The notes beneath the pieces are model-generated. The model searched no databases. It was not told the origin of the DNA and saw only the letters and a program-made list of their open reading frames with translations. Shown here piece by piece: positions 27,703 through 39,091 of a stretch of 64,000 nucleotides of DNA. The stretch spans positions 1 to 64,000 of IMG/VR virus record IMGVR_UViG_3300036781_000275. One strand, written 5' to 3'. This DNA is from a virus. The position numbers and the translations under genes were made by a program. How positions within the stretch are numbered: position 1 is the first letter of the stretch; each line of letters begins with the position of its first letter.

Positions 27703-30700
27703 TCAGGGTGGCGCTGATTTCGGCGAGACACCGGTATACGTACCGACGTACCCATACTCCTCACCCATAAGCGCACGCGTCAGATCTTCGAACGCCGTGA
27801 TCCAACCTTTTGTTGCATTGCTAAGCTGATCGTAGCTGTTCATGGACTTCCTGAGCGCGCCGGCCGAGCGCCGCATAGCCCATCGCAACCGCCGACGCGT
27901 CCGATTCGCTCGCCGGCGCAACCTGACCTCGCGTCGCCGGGTCACGTGCTCGCCTTCCCGCCGTTCTGCGGCTCGAACGGCGATTCGATGCCGAGACTGA
28001 CCGGTTGAAGCGACTCGCCGAAATTGGCCTGCGACAGCCACAGCTTGCCATGCACGAGCACGTGTAGTCGCTCGCGCAGCGTGAGGCTCCAGCGTAACAC
28101 GGTGGTCCGGGCGTCCGTGTAGGCCGGCAACGGCAAGTACGGCGGCTGATTCTCCGCCCATGTCGTGTTCTGCTCGGGAAATGTGATCGGCTTCATGTTG
28201 ATGAGGGTAAGTTGTGTTTTCGCTGGAACGCGCGCTTGGCCGCGGCCGATTCGCGCTCGCCAACCTCACTCGGTGCAGTCGCCTCACGGATAGCGTCCGC
28301 GATGTCGAACAGCGCGTAAACCAGCGCCGTCGTTGCATGCGCACGGTTGTTGTCTTGATCAGTACCGGAGATGTGCGCGAGCGCGTACTCGGATCTTTTC
28401 CGAGGTGTCATCACTTCGGGGCTCCCGGCGCTGGGGTGTCCTGAGCTAATACCGCGCTGCACCACGGACAAAAGACAAAGCGTTTGCCAGTATAGCCCTT
28501 GTAGCTCTGAGGATTTCTCGCGTGGAGCAACAATGTTGGTGCGTTGAGGTGGTCGATGTTTGCGGCCCAATCTTCACAGTCGCATTTCATTCCCCCGTCC
28601 TCCCGTCTTCTGGGGCAGCACCGCAGAGCCAGTCTTTGCGTGCGCCGGCCGCGTAGTGATATGCACATAGCAATCGGCTGCCGAAGTCTTCTGCTCGGAC
28701 GCCGACGTTCTGACATCGCTCACCATCGGGGCCGATGTACCAGCCGCACGCCGTTGGGGCTATTTGCCGTTGTTCTGCGCTCATCGGCTCGCTCCGTCTT
28801 CCAGAACATCATCTGAAAAATCGGCGGCGGTTTTCATCCCCCGCGCCGCGCGAATGACTTTGTTGAACGCATCGTCGCCAAACTTCTGACGTACGGTAGC
28901 CAGAATACCCGCCGCGATTCGCGCCACATCGTTCGGCGTGCCGTGCGCCATAATCGGAGAGTCGAGCCTCCCATCAATCGCCCCGAGCAGGAACGCGCTC
29001 GCGTCATCGACCACCACCGCCCGGCGCGATTCGTCAATTCCAGTGATCACGATTTTCATACCGTGTCTCCGTCTTCCGGTCGGGGGGAACGGGCGGCGTC
29101 AATGGCAGCAAGCAAACGATCTCTGACGCCATACCGCACTGGCCTTTCCATCGCCCAATCTCTCGTGTACGTGAGCGGATCACACGGGAAGCATTGACCC
29201 GCCTTACTCACCTGCTCATTTCCTCGGCCGCATTTGTCGCACGTTCCGATCATCATACTTTCACTCTGACTGGCCCGATGAGCAGATCAAGGACGACATC
29301 AGCAACCGCGTAAAAGTCGGTGGGTCTCATGCTGACAAATTGCCGCTGAAGTTCCAACGCAATCGCATCACCGACCTGTTTTCTTGTTACCGTGGCGACA
29401 TGGCTTGCTTCAAGCGCATGCATGCTGACGTGATTCTTCGCGCCCATTGTCTGCGCAGCATCCACGAGCGCGCGAATGAAGGGCCGCAGATCATCGTCAA
29501 ACGTTGCTTGGTAATCGTGGCGGCCGTTCTCGCGTAATTCTTGGTTGAGCACGTCGAGCAGCGAGGATTCGCGACTTTCCAGCACAACGCGCCGCTTCGT
29601 GTCTTCGCTTGGCTCCTCTCGCGGGACGCTGGCGGGGGTGGTGGCGCGCTTGACGAGTTCAGCAAGCGCACGCTCCTGCGACGGTAGCAATGACTTGTCT
29701 CGCCGTAGCGCCCATTCTCCATTGCGGACAATCGCCGCCAATTCATCGGCCTTCATTCTGTCGTCAATCATCGTGGCTCAGTAGGATCGGGTTTGACAAG
29801 CGCCTCTCCGCACCAATCGAAGGCCGTGGTCTTCGGCCAGTACGCTTCGACGTACGCCGGTTGAGGAGCGTAGCGATGGCATTTGCCCGTCGTGTGGCCA
29901 GTCTTCGGCTGTTCTTTCGTAGGGTCTTTCTCCCAGAAACAGCAATTGGCGCACCGCACTTTTTCGGTCATTCCGGCTTCTCCTGCGCTGAATGCCGCCG
30001 CATGATTTCTCGCAGATCACCCTGCAAGCGCCGACCATGACATTGACGGCAAATGGCCTTGTTCGGCGATCCGCTCTCTCTGTCAGGGACTTCCTTGGGA
30101 TTCTTGCCGCACAACTTGCACGGCTTGGTGGGTTTGGTCATTCCGGCTTCTCCGGGGTGGCCGAACTTGGATAGGGCGTTGCAGCAGCGACATGCAAACG
30201 ATGCAATGCGTTCTTGAATGCAGTCATCGGCAGACCGTTCTGCTCGCTCTCCATGATCGGCAGGAAATACGAGGCGGCGGCAAGCTGCTTGAAAATGTCC
30301 CCCAGTTCAGACCGAGGAATCAGCAGCGCCGAGACGTCCGCGCAACAGTCATCACACGTACACCGGAGATGGCCCTCGTCGTCGTTGGGCGGATTCACGG
30401 CGAGTTCTTCGCGCAGCACCTTCGCAATCGTGCTCACGTTATTTGGTCTCCGGGGTGGCGGCAAAGAGAGCGAGGACGTCATCACGACGCAGCCATTCTG
30501 TATCGTCAGCGCCAATGTCTGCTGGCAACGCTTCTACCTGCTCTCGCGTGACTCCGTCCACTCGGGGGGCGGCGGTCCGAAGTGGCATGTGCAGCGTTTC
30601 GCTATCGACCGCCACGTTCGCTTGTTCACGCGCGACGATTGGCGCTACCTGCTTCACGGCTTGCTCGATCATGTCATCAACGCCCCACGGTTTCTCCGGC

Positions 30701-33700
30701 GCTCGCGGCCCCTCTACGGGGAGGACGGCGGCTGGTTGTCGGCGGCGAATTGAAACAACAAAGCGCAGAGGGTCGCTCCGATCTTCAACGAGCTGCGATT
30801 CTGAGGGCAGCAGTCCAGTCTCAGCGACCCATGCTTGCACGTACTTTTCGCGTGCGCCAAGAATGGCCGTGGTGACCCTCATCGCCTCGGCTTCGATTTC
30901 CCCCTGCGTCAGTGCAATACGCTGTGCTACCTGTTCTGCGTCCCATTGGGCGTCGGGGATCGGATCAACAGCATCACGATCAAGCACGACACACTTCGCC
31001 ACACTGCCAGTGCCAAGCCTCGCGGCATAATGGAGCGCGCTTTCGTTCGAATCACAGAGCGCGGCAAACCCTTGGTCAATAACGCACCACTGTTCGTCGC
31101 ACAGCACCGCCCTGTGCGGCACTCTGATCGGGGGAGGACTGGCCGTCATATCGTGATCTCCAAGTCCAGCGTTTTACGTGACGGTTTGCGGTTAATCGTC
31201 CGCTGGTCGTCGGCAAACGCCTTTGCGATCTTCGCGGATTTCGCCAATGCGGCGGCGAGTTCTTTCTCGCGCCCCGTCCAGTCGATGAACGTGATCTGGG
31301 GAGGACTCATGGGAGAGGTCATCGGTCGATGATTTGCAAGAGAGTGATTTGCTTCTCGGGGCCACAGTGTTCTGTCTGCGCCTTCGCCTCATCCAGCGTC
31401 CAACGCCCAGCACTATCAAGGGCAGCCGAATAGCCCGCGGCATTCTTACGCCAAAATCGTCCGTGCTCACTGCTCCAAATCACAATCTTCGGTATGGCGG
31501 GGGCTGGCGTGGAGGGGGAGTCAGTCATCTTTTCCTCACGGTGTCGATCGGGATCACGTACACTTCGACCGCGTGCACGGGGAGCTGCGCGGCCGGCACG
31601 TGATAGTCGCCGTGGTTCCACTTGGCCACCTCGCTCGATGCGCGCCGCTGCGTGAGTAGATTACTCGTCATCTCGCCGCGTGCGTTCACGAGCACATACG
31701 CGTTCGCCAGCGGCACCGGGTCGATCGGCGTCGCCGGCGCTGCTCGCGGTAGATGCCAGCCAGAGATCGCCAACGCGCTCAGCACCATCACGAGCGCGAT
31801 TACCGTCTTCAGGGCGAACCAGTACGCGACGTCGCGCGTCTCGGCGCGTTTGCTTGCTCGGATCTCGCCTGTTGTCATTCTTCGCGCCCACGTCATGCCT
31901 CACCTCGCTTGAGTGCGACCACATACGCGTCGAATTCCTTGCTGATCTGATCCATCCACTGGAGATCGAAGTCGGTGGGCTCGGTGCCCGCATCCACGCC
32001 GCCCACGAGCATCGAGAACATGGTCAGCGCGCCTGTGTAGAACGCGCGGCGCATTTCAGTTTGTTGCCCGATCGGTGCGCGCGCTAACTGAATCGCTTGG
32101 AAGAAATCGTCCCATTGCTCGCGCACCGTGGTGCGTTCGCGTGGCGGGATGCCTTCGACGGGTTGTTGGCTCACAGCCCGGCTCCCTGTTCGATGCCGCG
32201 CACGATCCAGTATTCGCGCAACGCTTCGCCCGTCAGATGCCGCGACGGATCCTGCGGCGTCCAGTCTTCCGCGCGGTTGCGATACGTGCGGTCTTCGCGC
32301 GCCGGCCGAGTCGCCAGTACCCACCGTGCGCCCAGCGCGATATACGCGAGCAGGAGCGCCCACGCCACCACATGCGCGGTCATCGTAGCCCCCGCTCGAT
32401 TTGGGCCGTGTTGAGGGCACGCTGACTCTCCGCGGCCCAGTCGATGCCGTGCTCCTCCGCGAAATGCGCACAGTCGGCCAGCAGCGCACGGAACGGCTCC
32501 AGCTCGTCCGGGGTGTCACGCGGTCGCTCGATGAGCCCGCGCACCCGTCGCACCGCGGCGTCGGTGCGCGCCGCGATGCGTTGCCGCGCCCGGAACACCG
32601 ACGCGTGCGTCATCAGCACGCGTCTCACCGGCCGAGCGCCTTCACGGCTTCACGGTGCGCCTGTCGCATCGTGTTCGAGCGGTCCGCGAGCTTCTTGACG
32701 ATCGCGTCCAGCTCGCGCGCTAACTGCTCCTCTGGCCAGTTCAGCGCCTTGTTCAGGTTGCAGCACGTGCACGTCTCCACGCGCCGGTCGAGCGTCGCGA
32801 TGACCTGCTCCACCAGTTCGGCGGCCGTGTTCAGCTTGCCGGCGTTGACGCTGGCGACTCCAATGGCGCTCATGTTACGAACCCTCCAGTTCGGCCAGTT
32901 TGTTTTTGATCTCGTCGACGTTGACGCCTGCCTCGATCTCCGGTTCTTCCTCGGCCGAGTCCGCGGCATCGCTCAGAATTTCCGCGGCGCGCTCGATGGC
33001 CTGCCCGTTGTCGCCCTGCTGCAACCCCTCGCTCATGTTGTTAAACTTTTCCTGCTCGGCGTCAGCGAGATCCCGCAACGCGCCGCCGCATTCGTCCTTG
33101 ATGCGCTCGTTGACCGTTTCGATCTGCTCGACGAGCTTCGCGCGCGCCGCGGCTAGCTCGGTCAGCTTGCCTACGATGTCTTCCACCTGCTTCCGGTCTG
33201 CCTGATTCATGGTCGTTGACTCCTCGTTGTGAGTGTGTGGGTTACATCACGCAGTTGATGCACAGCTCGTCGTCTTTGTAGCTCAGATCTCCGCCGCACT
33301 TTGTGCAGAGGCGGCCCATTTCGTCGGCAATCTCCGTTAGTGCTTGCGCGCAGAATCTGAGATCGGCCCGGCACCCTGTGCTCGCATCGGCGTCGCTCGC
33401 TTCACCGACACTGAGCTGGTGCATGACGCCCTCAATCCGGCCGGCCCAGTTCTGGCGCTTGTTGTTCCCGTTCATGATCGCGCCGCCTTGCGCGCCGCGG
33501 CGCGCTGTTTCCGTTCACTGGTCTTGCGTCGCTTCTCGGCGTAGATGTGCAGCCGCACCGCTTCGAGCAGCGCCTGCCCGTACGGGAGCAAGTACGCCGT
33601 ACGCCGACCGCGCTCGCGCAACCAGATGCCTTCCGGGGCCATCGCGACCACAAGTGGCGTGTGCGCGAGCGTGAGGACCTTCCGCTTCACGGGCTTCGTG

Positions 33701-33914
33701 ATGTCGATCATCGCGCGCCCGCCCCAGTCATTTCTCCGGCGAAAGCGAACCATTCGTTGACAACAGCGGCCGTCGCTGGCTCGCTTGCATCGTATTCGGC
33801 GACCGCCGCAAACACCATGTCGTTGAGTGCGCGCATGACGCGTGCGCATGACACCGGGTTCGCTTCGTTGCTGGTCCGCGCAAAGTGCGCGTCGAACTGT
33901 GCTCTGGTCATCAT
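27703..33914 (-). other. array of ~20 small, tightly overlapping hypothetical early genes
   Basis: consecutive ATGA/GTGA-coupled ORFs, e.g. 27942-28196, 28781-29059, 29253-29771, 29768-29971, 29968-30141, 30439-31149, 31525-31896, 31893-32174, 32171-32383, 33242-33475, 33708-33914; several CxxC Zn-ribbons. Confidence 0.7.
32875..33210 (-). CDS. acidic helical phage protein
   Basis: MN..DRK...EQEKFNNMSEGLQQG.NG motif; very acidic; RBS GAGGAGTC. Confidence 0.6.
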   Translation of the reverse strand: MNQADRKQVEDIVGKLTELAAARAKLVEQIETVNERIKDECGGALRDLADAEQEKFNNMSEGLQQGDNGQAIERAAEILSDAADSAEEEPEIEAGVNVDEIKNKLAELEGS

Positions 33915-33968
33915 TGACTCCGCGTTGGAAGTGTCAAGAGTGCTGCTCTGCCATAAGCCTAACGCCTG

Positions 33969-34802
33969 TTAGCTCGGTGTCAAGTGCTCGGTTTCCGTCG
34001 CGCCGCCCAGAAATGACTCGTACCCGTCCGCCGACTCCGCCGGCCGTTCCTGCTCGGTCAGGCATGCCGGGAGCGCTTCCCTGCGCCCGCACCACTGGCC
34101 GCCACTCCAGCGGAACCCAGCGGCCTTCAGGGCGTCCAAGGTCGCCCGCGCCGGCTTCTCGGCGAAAGTGACTGCGCAGTACTCCGCGCCGCCCGTGATC
34201 GTGAACCCGTTCGGCGCGTCTTCCGCGGCGGCCGTGCGCTGCTGGCGCGCCTTGACTTCCCCGATTCGCTGCTCGGCCGTCTTGATCTTCGCGAGACGGT
34301 TCGAGAGTCGCGCCCGCGGCACCGGCTGTTTTTCCCAGCTATACGCGTCCGCAATCTGCGCATCGATCCGCGCGGCCGTCACGTCGTTCATGCCCGGATA
34401 CCCGACCATGGTCTTGTGTTTGCGCCACCACTGATTCAGCGCCTTGTCGCGCTCCTGTTCCGCGCGCAGCTCGACGACCTTCGCTTCGAGCTGCTCCACC
34501 GCGTCCGGGTCGTCGCTGAAGATGGTGCGGTCCAATTGGTCCGACAGCCCGTGCGCCCGACCGCGGTGATGCGCGGCCAGCTTCTGCTGGGCCACCGCCT
34601 TGTCCATGTTGCTCGCCATGCGATCGAGGTCGCGCCGGTGACGGCGCTCGGAGTGGTGACCCACGAGGATCGGCTGCCCGAGCGGGATCCCCGCGACCGC
34701 GCGGTGCGCTGCGTCGCTCGCGCGCTCTGAGCGCGCGTCAGCCTTCACGGCCCACTCCGCGCGTAGTGCCAGTTTCCTCTCCAGTCGCTCCCGTCGTGTC
34801 AT
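33969..34802 (-). CDS. DUF3560-like protein
   Basis: IPLGQPILVGHHSERRHRR, IFSDDPDAVEQL, LKAAGFRWS motifs. Confidence 0.8.
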   Translation of the reverse strand: MTRRERLERKLALRAEWAVKADARSERASDAAHRAVAGIPLGQPILVGHHSERRHRRDLDRMASNMDKAVAQQKLAAHHRGRAHGLSDQLDRTIFSDDPDAVEQLEAKVVELRAEQERDKALNQWWRKHKTMVGYPGMNDVTAARIDAQIADAYSWEKQPVPRARLSNRLAKIKTAEQRIGEVKARQQRTAAAEDAPNGFTITGGAEYCAVTFAEKPARATLDALKAAGFRWSGGQWCGRREALPACLTEQERPAESADGYESFLGGATETEHLTPS

Positions 34803-35268
34803 TGCTCGTTTTCTCCAGTAGTGAAAAGTTGACCGATGCTTCAGGCGTACCGCTCGTCGAGATTCGACGCGCGCTCGGCGTCATCGGGATTGCGCGCACT
34901 GATCCATTCCCGGCATTGCTGGCACGTGCCGTACCCGTGGTCGCGGCCGGGGTTGTGCGGCCTCGCATCGGCGAAGCGATGGCCGCAACAGCAACAGGAG
35001 TACGTCACGCCCGGTTTCTCCAGTCGGTGGCGGGGGTGAGCGTGGCGACGAAATCGCGCCACGCCGTGCGGTATTCGTCCTGTTCGATCGCCAACTCGTG
35101 CGCCACTTCGACCGGCCAGTGTCGCGGCCACGGCCCGTACAGCGCGGCGAGCGCGTGCCCGATGAAAAATTGTCGACACCCCGTGACTTCGCGCTCGCCG
35201 CGCCATGTGAATTCCGAAGTGAACAGCAGCGCCGACGACAGTGCGCTTTGCATGTGCGTCGCTCCGGG

Positions 35269-35751
35269 TTAGATGCGTTTCGCGCAGACTGGCCCGATGC
35301 CAGCCGCGACCGATTTCGCATCCTTCAGGAGCGCGCCGCAAACACAGCAGACTCCGTACTGGATCCCGAATGCTTTCGCCTGCTCCAGTGTCACGCGTTC
35401 CGTCGCGGTGAGCCGATAGATCGCGCCGGCCGCATAGCGGAATTCCCACTGCACGGTTTCGCCGTTCTCGGTGAGGCGGTCGCCGCCGATCGCGACGAGT
35501 TCCTTCGCGTAAAGGTTGCCGCTTTCCTTCGAGCGCTGGACCTTGAAAAGTCGCGCGTCCGCCGTGCGGTAAATGCCCGGCTCGGTCACTGGATCCGGCG
35601 CGGCTGGCGGAAGCGTCGCGAGTAAGCGCTCAATGATCGCGCTCGCATCGCGTTTCGTGAGCGGCTCGGCGGCCGTCACGGTGCCGCGTCCCTGTGCGAC
35701 GAGTTTCCCGATGAAAGCGCGCTGGTTCGTGGTGGCGAGTTCGAATGTCAT
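35269..35751 (-). CDS. DUF6011-like Zn-binding protein
   Basis: C-terminal CCVCG..L.D..SV..GIGPVCA. Confidence 0.7.
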   Translation of the reverse strand: MTFELATTNQRAFIGKLVAQGRGTVTAAEPLTKRDASAIIERLLATLPPAAPDPVTEPGIYRTADARLFKVQRSKESGNLYAKELVAIGGDRLTENGETVQWEFRYAAGAIYRLTATERVTLEQAKAFGIQYGVCCVCGALLKDAKSVAAGIGPVCAKRI

Positions 35752-35851
35752 GGCCCTTTGTCTCCGCGTTGGAAGATGATTTGTTTAGCCCTGCCCGATG
35801 CCTCAAGCCTAACGGGTGTTAGGTCGGTGTCAAGTGCCGTTGCGTGCTCGT

Positions 35852-36127
35852 TCAGTCTTGCGCGATTGCGCCCGGCGTATCTTGCGGGAATTCCACGGCG
35901 GTCGTCTCATCGATGCCGGCCGCGTTGAGCATATCCAGCGCGCGCCCCGCGTTCGCATTCTCGCATGCGCGCATGAGCCGGCGGCACAGTTTGCGCGTCG
36001 CCTTGTCCACGGTCGTGTCGATGGCGATCTCGCCGAAAAATGAACCGCAATCGTCGATCTCTTCCGCCGCGAGAAAAAGCCGCTGAAGTAGCGCGCTAAT
36101 GCGTTCCTGCGCCGTTGCCGTTGCCAT
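35852..36127 (-). CDS. hypothetical acidic early protein
   Basis: sole gene between two operator-promoter cassettes. Confidence 0.6.
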   Translation of the reverse strand: MATATAQERISALLQRLFLAAEEIDDCGSFFGEIAIDTTVDKATRKLCRRLMRACENANAGRALDMLNAAGIDETTAVEFPQDTPGAIAQD

Positions 36128-36132
36128 GGTCG

Positions 36133-36238
36133 TTGTCTCCGCATTGGAAGAGTGTTGGCCCTGCCCGATGAGGTAAAGCTAACAGGTGTTAGATGCCTGT
36201 CAAGGGCTTACGCAAAACCTTCATTTTCACACAGTTAG
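36133..36238 (-). repeat. promoter cassette repeat, copy 2
   Basis: TTGACA, operator 36179-36192, CATCGGGCAGGGC, CTTCCAATGCGGAGAC. Confidence 0.85.
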
Positions 36239-36243
36239 CCCCG

Positions 36244-36825
36244 CTACTCGCGCTCGCGCCGGCGGTAGGCCATTTCCTGCCTCACCATCCGGTCAGGCAA
36301 TCGGAGACCGCGCGCCTGTGCGACCGCACGTAGCTGCCGCTCCAGCGCCGGCATGACGATCGCGTTCGCGGCGTTGCGCACGCGTTTGTACACGTGGGCG
36401 TTTGGGATCCGCTGATCTTTCGTCATCCACTCTGGCCGCCACCGCTTGTTGCCGATGTGCATCGAGAGCGCCGCCGCCGCGGACACCGAGCGCCGCTTAC
36501 CGGCCTCGCAATGCACCACGAGTCGCTTGGCGCGTCGATGCTGGAACGCGAACCGTGCGATCTCGTTCGCATCGATCACGCTGCACGCGTCGTCATGCTC
36601 GCCGTCGATGTCATCGAACTTCAGCCGCAACAGGTCGTGCCAGCCCTCGCAGAGCACTGGATCCGGCGCGCTCTTCGAGACGATCGAAATGATCACGTGA
36701 TCTGCGCCCGGAATGAAGGTGCGCGCCTCGACCAGACCGCACGTGACGATCTCGGGGAACGGACGCGGCGCGTCCAAGAATTGTTGCAGCGCATGCGCGG
36801 CGTTCACGGCGTCTTTTTTGTTCAT
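36244..36825 (-). CDS. protein-tyrosine/dual-specificity phosphatase
   Basis: LRLKFDDI and VHCEAGKRRS (HCX5R) motifs. Confidence 0.8.
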   Translation of the reverse strand: MNKKDAVNAAHALQQFLDAPRPFPEIVTCGLVEARTFIPGADHVIISIVSKSAPDPVLCEGWHDLLRLKFDDIDGEHDDACSVIDANEIARFAFQHRRAKRLVVHCEAGKRRSVSAAAALSMHIGNKRWRPEWMTKDQRIPNAHVYKRVRNAANAIVMPALERQLRAVAQARGLRLPDRMVRQEMAYRRRERE

Positions 36826-37331
36826 AGCTCGAACGGGAGAAACGGTTGAGTTTTCGACACGTATAGCGGGTGTCGCGGGTTGCCGCTCTTCGTGAGTCCC
36901 AAACAGTGCACGGCGCGATTCGCGTGGCCGTCGCGGATCAGCGCGCTGACCGCGCGGTGTCGATCCTTGAACGTGCCGAGATCGCCCCACGCGACGACGG
37001 TAATTGCCTGCTCGTTGTGAATGAACCGGAGCAAGTTGTCGTCATTCGCCGGCCCCACGGGATCGGGGTGGCCGTGCAAATACGTCGGGTCCGTCGAGCG
37101 CAGCGCGAACAGGTTGAGCATGACGAGTCGCCGGCATTGCTCGCGAATCGCGAAGCCGACACACCGCCTGATCGTCGGATCGTCGACGTGGCCGTCCGCG
37201 GTGGACGGATTGAATCCGATCACGACGAGTGTTGGGCCGGGCGCAAGGCGCAGATCGCGCCAGAGCTGATACCGATACCGCTTGCACGGCGACAGGAGCG
37301 CGCCGCTCCCGAAATACATGGACGGTTTCAC
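36822..37331 (-). CDS. DUF1643 family protein
   Basis: YRYQLWR, NPSTAD...DDPTIRRC, NLFALRSTDP, AWG, G.PRHPLY. Confidence 0.85.
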   Translation of the reverse strand: MKPSMYFGSGALLSPCKRYRYQLWRDLRLAPGPTLVVIGFNPSTADGHVDDPTIRRCVGFAIREQCRRLVMLNLFALRSTDPTYLHGHPDPVGPANDDNLLRFIHNEQAITVVAWGDLGTFKDRHRAVSALIRDGHANRAVHCLGLTKSGNPRHPLYVSKTQPFLPFEL

Positions 37332-37771
37332 CGGGGCCGCGGCTCGCGCGTCGCGTTGAGATGATCCCTGACCAACGTATCGGGAATGTCGAAGAGCCCT
37401 TGCCTGCCCTTGTACGGGATCGGGTGCGTGAGCAACACGAAATGCGAGAACATCCACGCCCACCGATCGTCGTCGTAGTTGCCGAGTAACAGCTCGGTTG
37501 GGCTCAAGCTATCACGGATCGTTTCGACGCGAACGCAACCGTCGAGCTGCGCCAACGCGACGATCGCCCCCAGTGGCACCGTGTGTATGGTGAGCGGCGC
37601 GAGCAACTTCGCGATTTCTGGCCGTTCCGCGAACGCTCGCTCCTCGCGCTGGAATCGTTGCGCAGCGTGAATCGCAATGGCCCCGCGGTGCCGGGTGGAC
37701 CAGTGCCGGGTCTCGTTGCGTTTGATCCCGATCAACGATGCCCACGGTTGCCAGAGCGAGATCGCTTTCAT
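37328..37771 (-). CDS. ASCH domain protein
   Basis: MKAISLWQPWASLI, K.NETRHW.T.HRG.IAIHA, P.P.KG.QGLF. Confidence 0.85.
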   Translation of the reverse strand: MKAISLWQPWASLIGIKRNETRHWSTRHRGAIAIHAAQRFQREERAFAERPEIAKLLAPLTIHTVPLGAIVALAQLDGCVRVETIRDSLSPTELLLGNYDDDRWAWMFSHFVLLTHPIPYKGRQGLFDIPDTLVRDHLNATREPRPR

Positions 37772-38079
37772 CGCGCCGGCCGTTTCGGCGGCGAAGTGAA
37801 ATGCTGGCTGTAGAAATTCTTCAGCTTCGGGTTAGCGCCGATCAATGCGTGCACGCGAGTGATCGCTTGCTCCACGTTGCCGATCTCCGTGAGCAACTGA
37901 TTGATGTTGTTCACGCCGTCCATTTCGTACGGGTTCCTTTTGCGCCAGCCGAACCGACTGATCTTCGAGCCGGCCACGATGACCTCAGCGCATTCTTCCA
38001 TGAGCTGCGTCAGCGCACGCCGCTCCGGCTCACTCACATCGCGCGCGAGTTTCCGGCGCTTGAATTGTTCTTCACCCAT
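37768..38079 (-). CDS. MazG-like NTP pyrophosphohydrolase
   Basis: LMEECAEVI...SKI.RFG...EIGN. Confidence 0.65.
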   Translation of the reverse strand: MGEEQFKRRKLARDVSEPERRALTQLMEECAEVIVAGSKISRFGWRKRNPYEMDGVNNINQLLTEIGNVEQAITRVHALIGANPKLKNFYSQHFTSPPKRPAR

Positions 38080-38384
38080 TGCGCTTACCCCTTATCGTTG
38101 ATTGCCGCGCCCGCGGCCGCCGTGAGAATCCCCTCGACGCGCTTCACAAACTTCGGTTCGATCTTCGCGCGATCATAGCGTCGGTTCCTCTGGGGGCAAA
38201 ATGCTCGCGATGGCGCGAAACCGCGCTGGCGTGAATTTGACTCGTTGCACTTCGGTCCACCGTCCGTTGATCACGCGATGGTAGAGCTTGCCGCCCTGAA
38301 AGCCCCACTCGCCCGTGCCGTCGTGGTGCGGATCCCTGATCGTATATTCGCGCCGGATGTAGAACATGCGCGGCCGTAACGGGC

Positions 38385-38690
38385 TCACTCGTCGTCTCCG
38401 TCGAGTACCACGTGGAAAATCGCCGTGTAGCACGCATCGCAGTGAAACGCGCCTCGATCTTTCTTTTTCTTCCCACAGATCACGCACCGGCCGCGGCGCA
38501 GATATTTGAGCGCGAGCGTGCGTGATCTGTTTTGCGGCGCATCGACCGGTAGCATCGCCTCGTCCTTGAGCAGCTCCGGCATGGAACGCTGAAGGATCCC
38601 GCCATGGTTCGCGCCTTCGCACGCGCAGTGGCAGCGCTGACCCGTCGCGGCCTCGCAGCGCGCTGCCCAGCCCTTCGAGCATTCAGCCAC
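38385..38690 (-). CDS. Cys-rich Zn-binding protein
   Basis: C..A....CHCACEGANHG and CVICG...CDAC. Confidence 0.55.
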   Translation of the reverse strand: MAECSKGWAARCEAATGQRCHCACEGANHGGILQRSMPELLKDEAMLPVDAPQNRSRTLALKYLRRGRCVICGKKKKDRGAFHCDACYTAIFHVVLDGDDE

Positions 38691-39060
38691 CGGCCGTGCG
38701 GCCGATCCCCACGGCGCGCGCCTTGCGGATCGGTACGCGCTTTTTCTTCGTGGCGCGTTTGCCCGTGGCGGCCGTCGTCTCCGGGTCGGCCTCACGAATC
38801 ACGTAACAGCGGGTCTGCTCGTCGATCGATTCGGCGCGCGCGTACGTACCGTCATCGTGCTTGACCATGATCGCGTAGCCGCGCTTTTGCATGTCCTTCA
38901 GCATCTTGAGCGCGCGCTCAACGTCGACCTCGTTCTCGTCGCTGAACGTGACCTCGATGTCGCCCTCGCCCGTATTGAGCACGGACAGCATGCCCGTGAT
39001 GCCGGCGGGCAACGGTTCGCTGAGATCTTCGGCGCTGTCTACGATCATGCTCGCGGTCAT
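38683..39060 (-). CDS. small protein with C-terminal Gly-Gly (possible ubiquitin-like modifier)
   Basis: 125 aa; LSVLNTGEGD, GYAI, ends VGIGRTAGG-stop. Confidence 0.5.
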   Translation of the reverse strand: MTASMIVDSAEDLSEPLPAGITGMLSVLNTGEGDIEVTFSDENEVDVERALKMLKDMQKRGYAIMVKHDDGTYARAESIDEQTRCYVIREADPETTAATGKRATKKKRVPIRKARAVGIGRTAGG

Positions 39061-39091
39061 TGCATCGCTCCGGTTAAATCGGGAATCGCGC

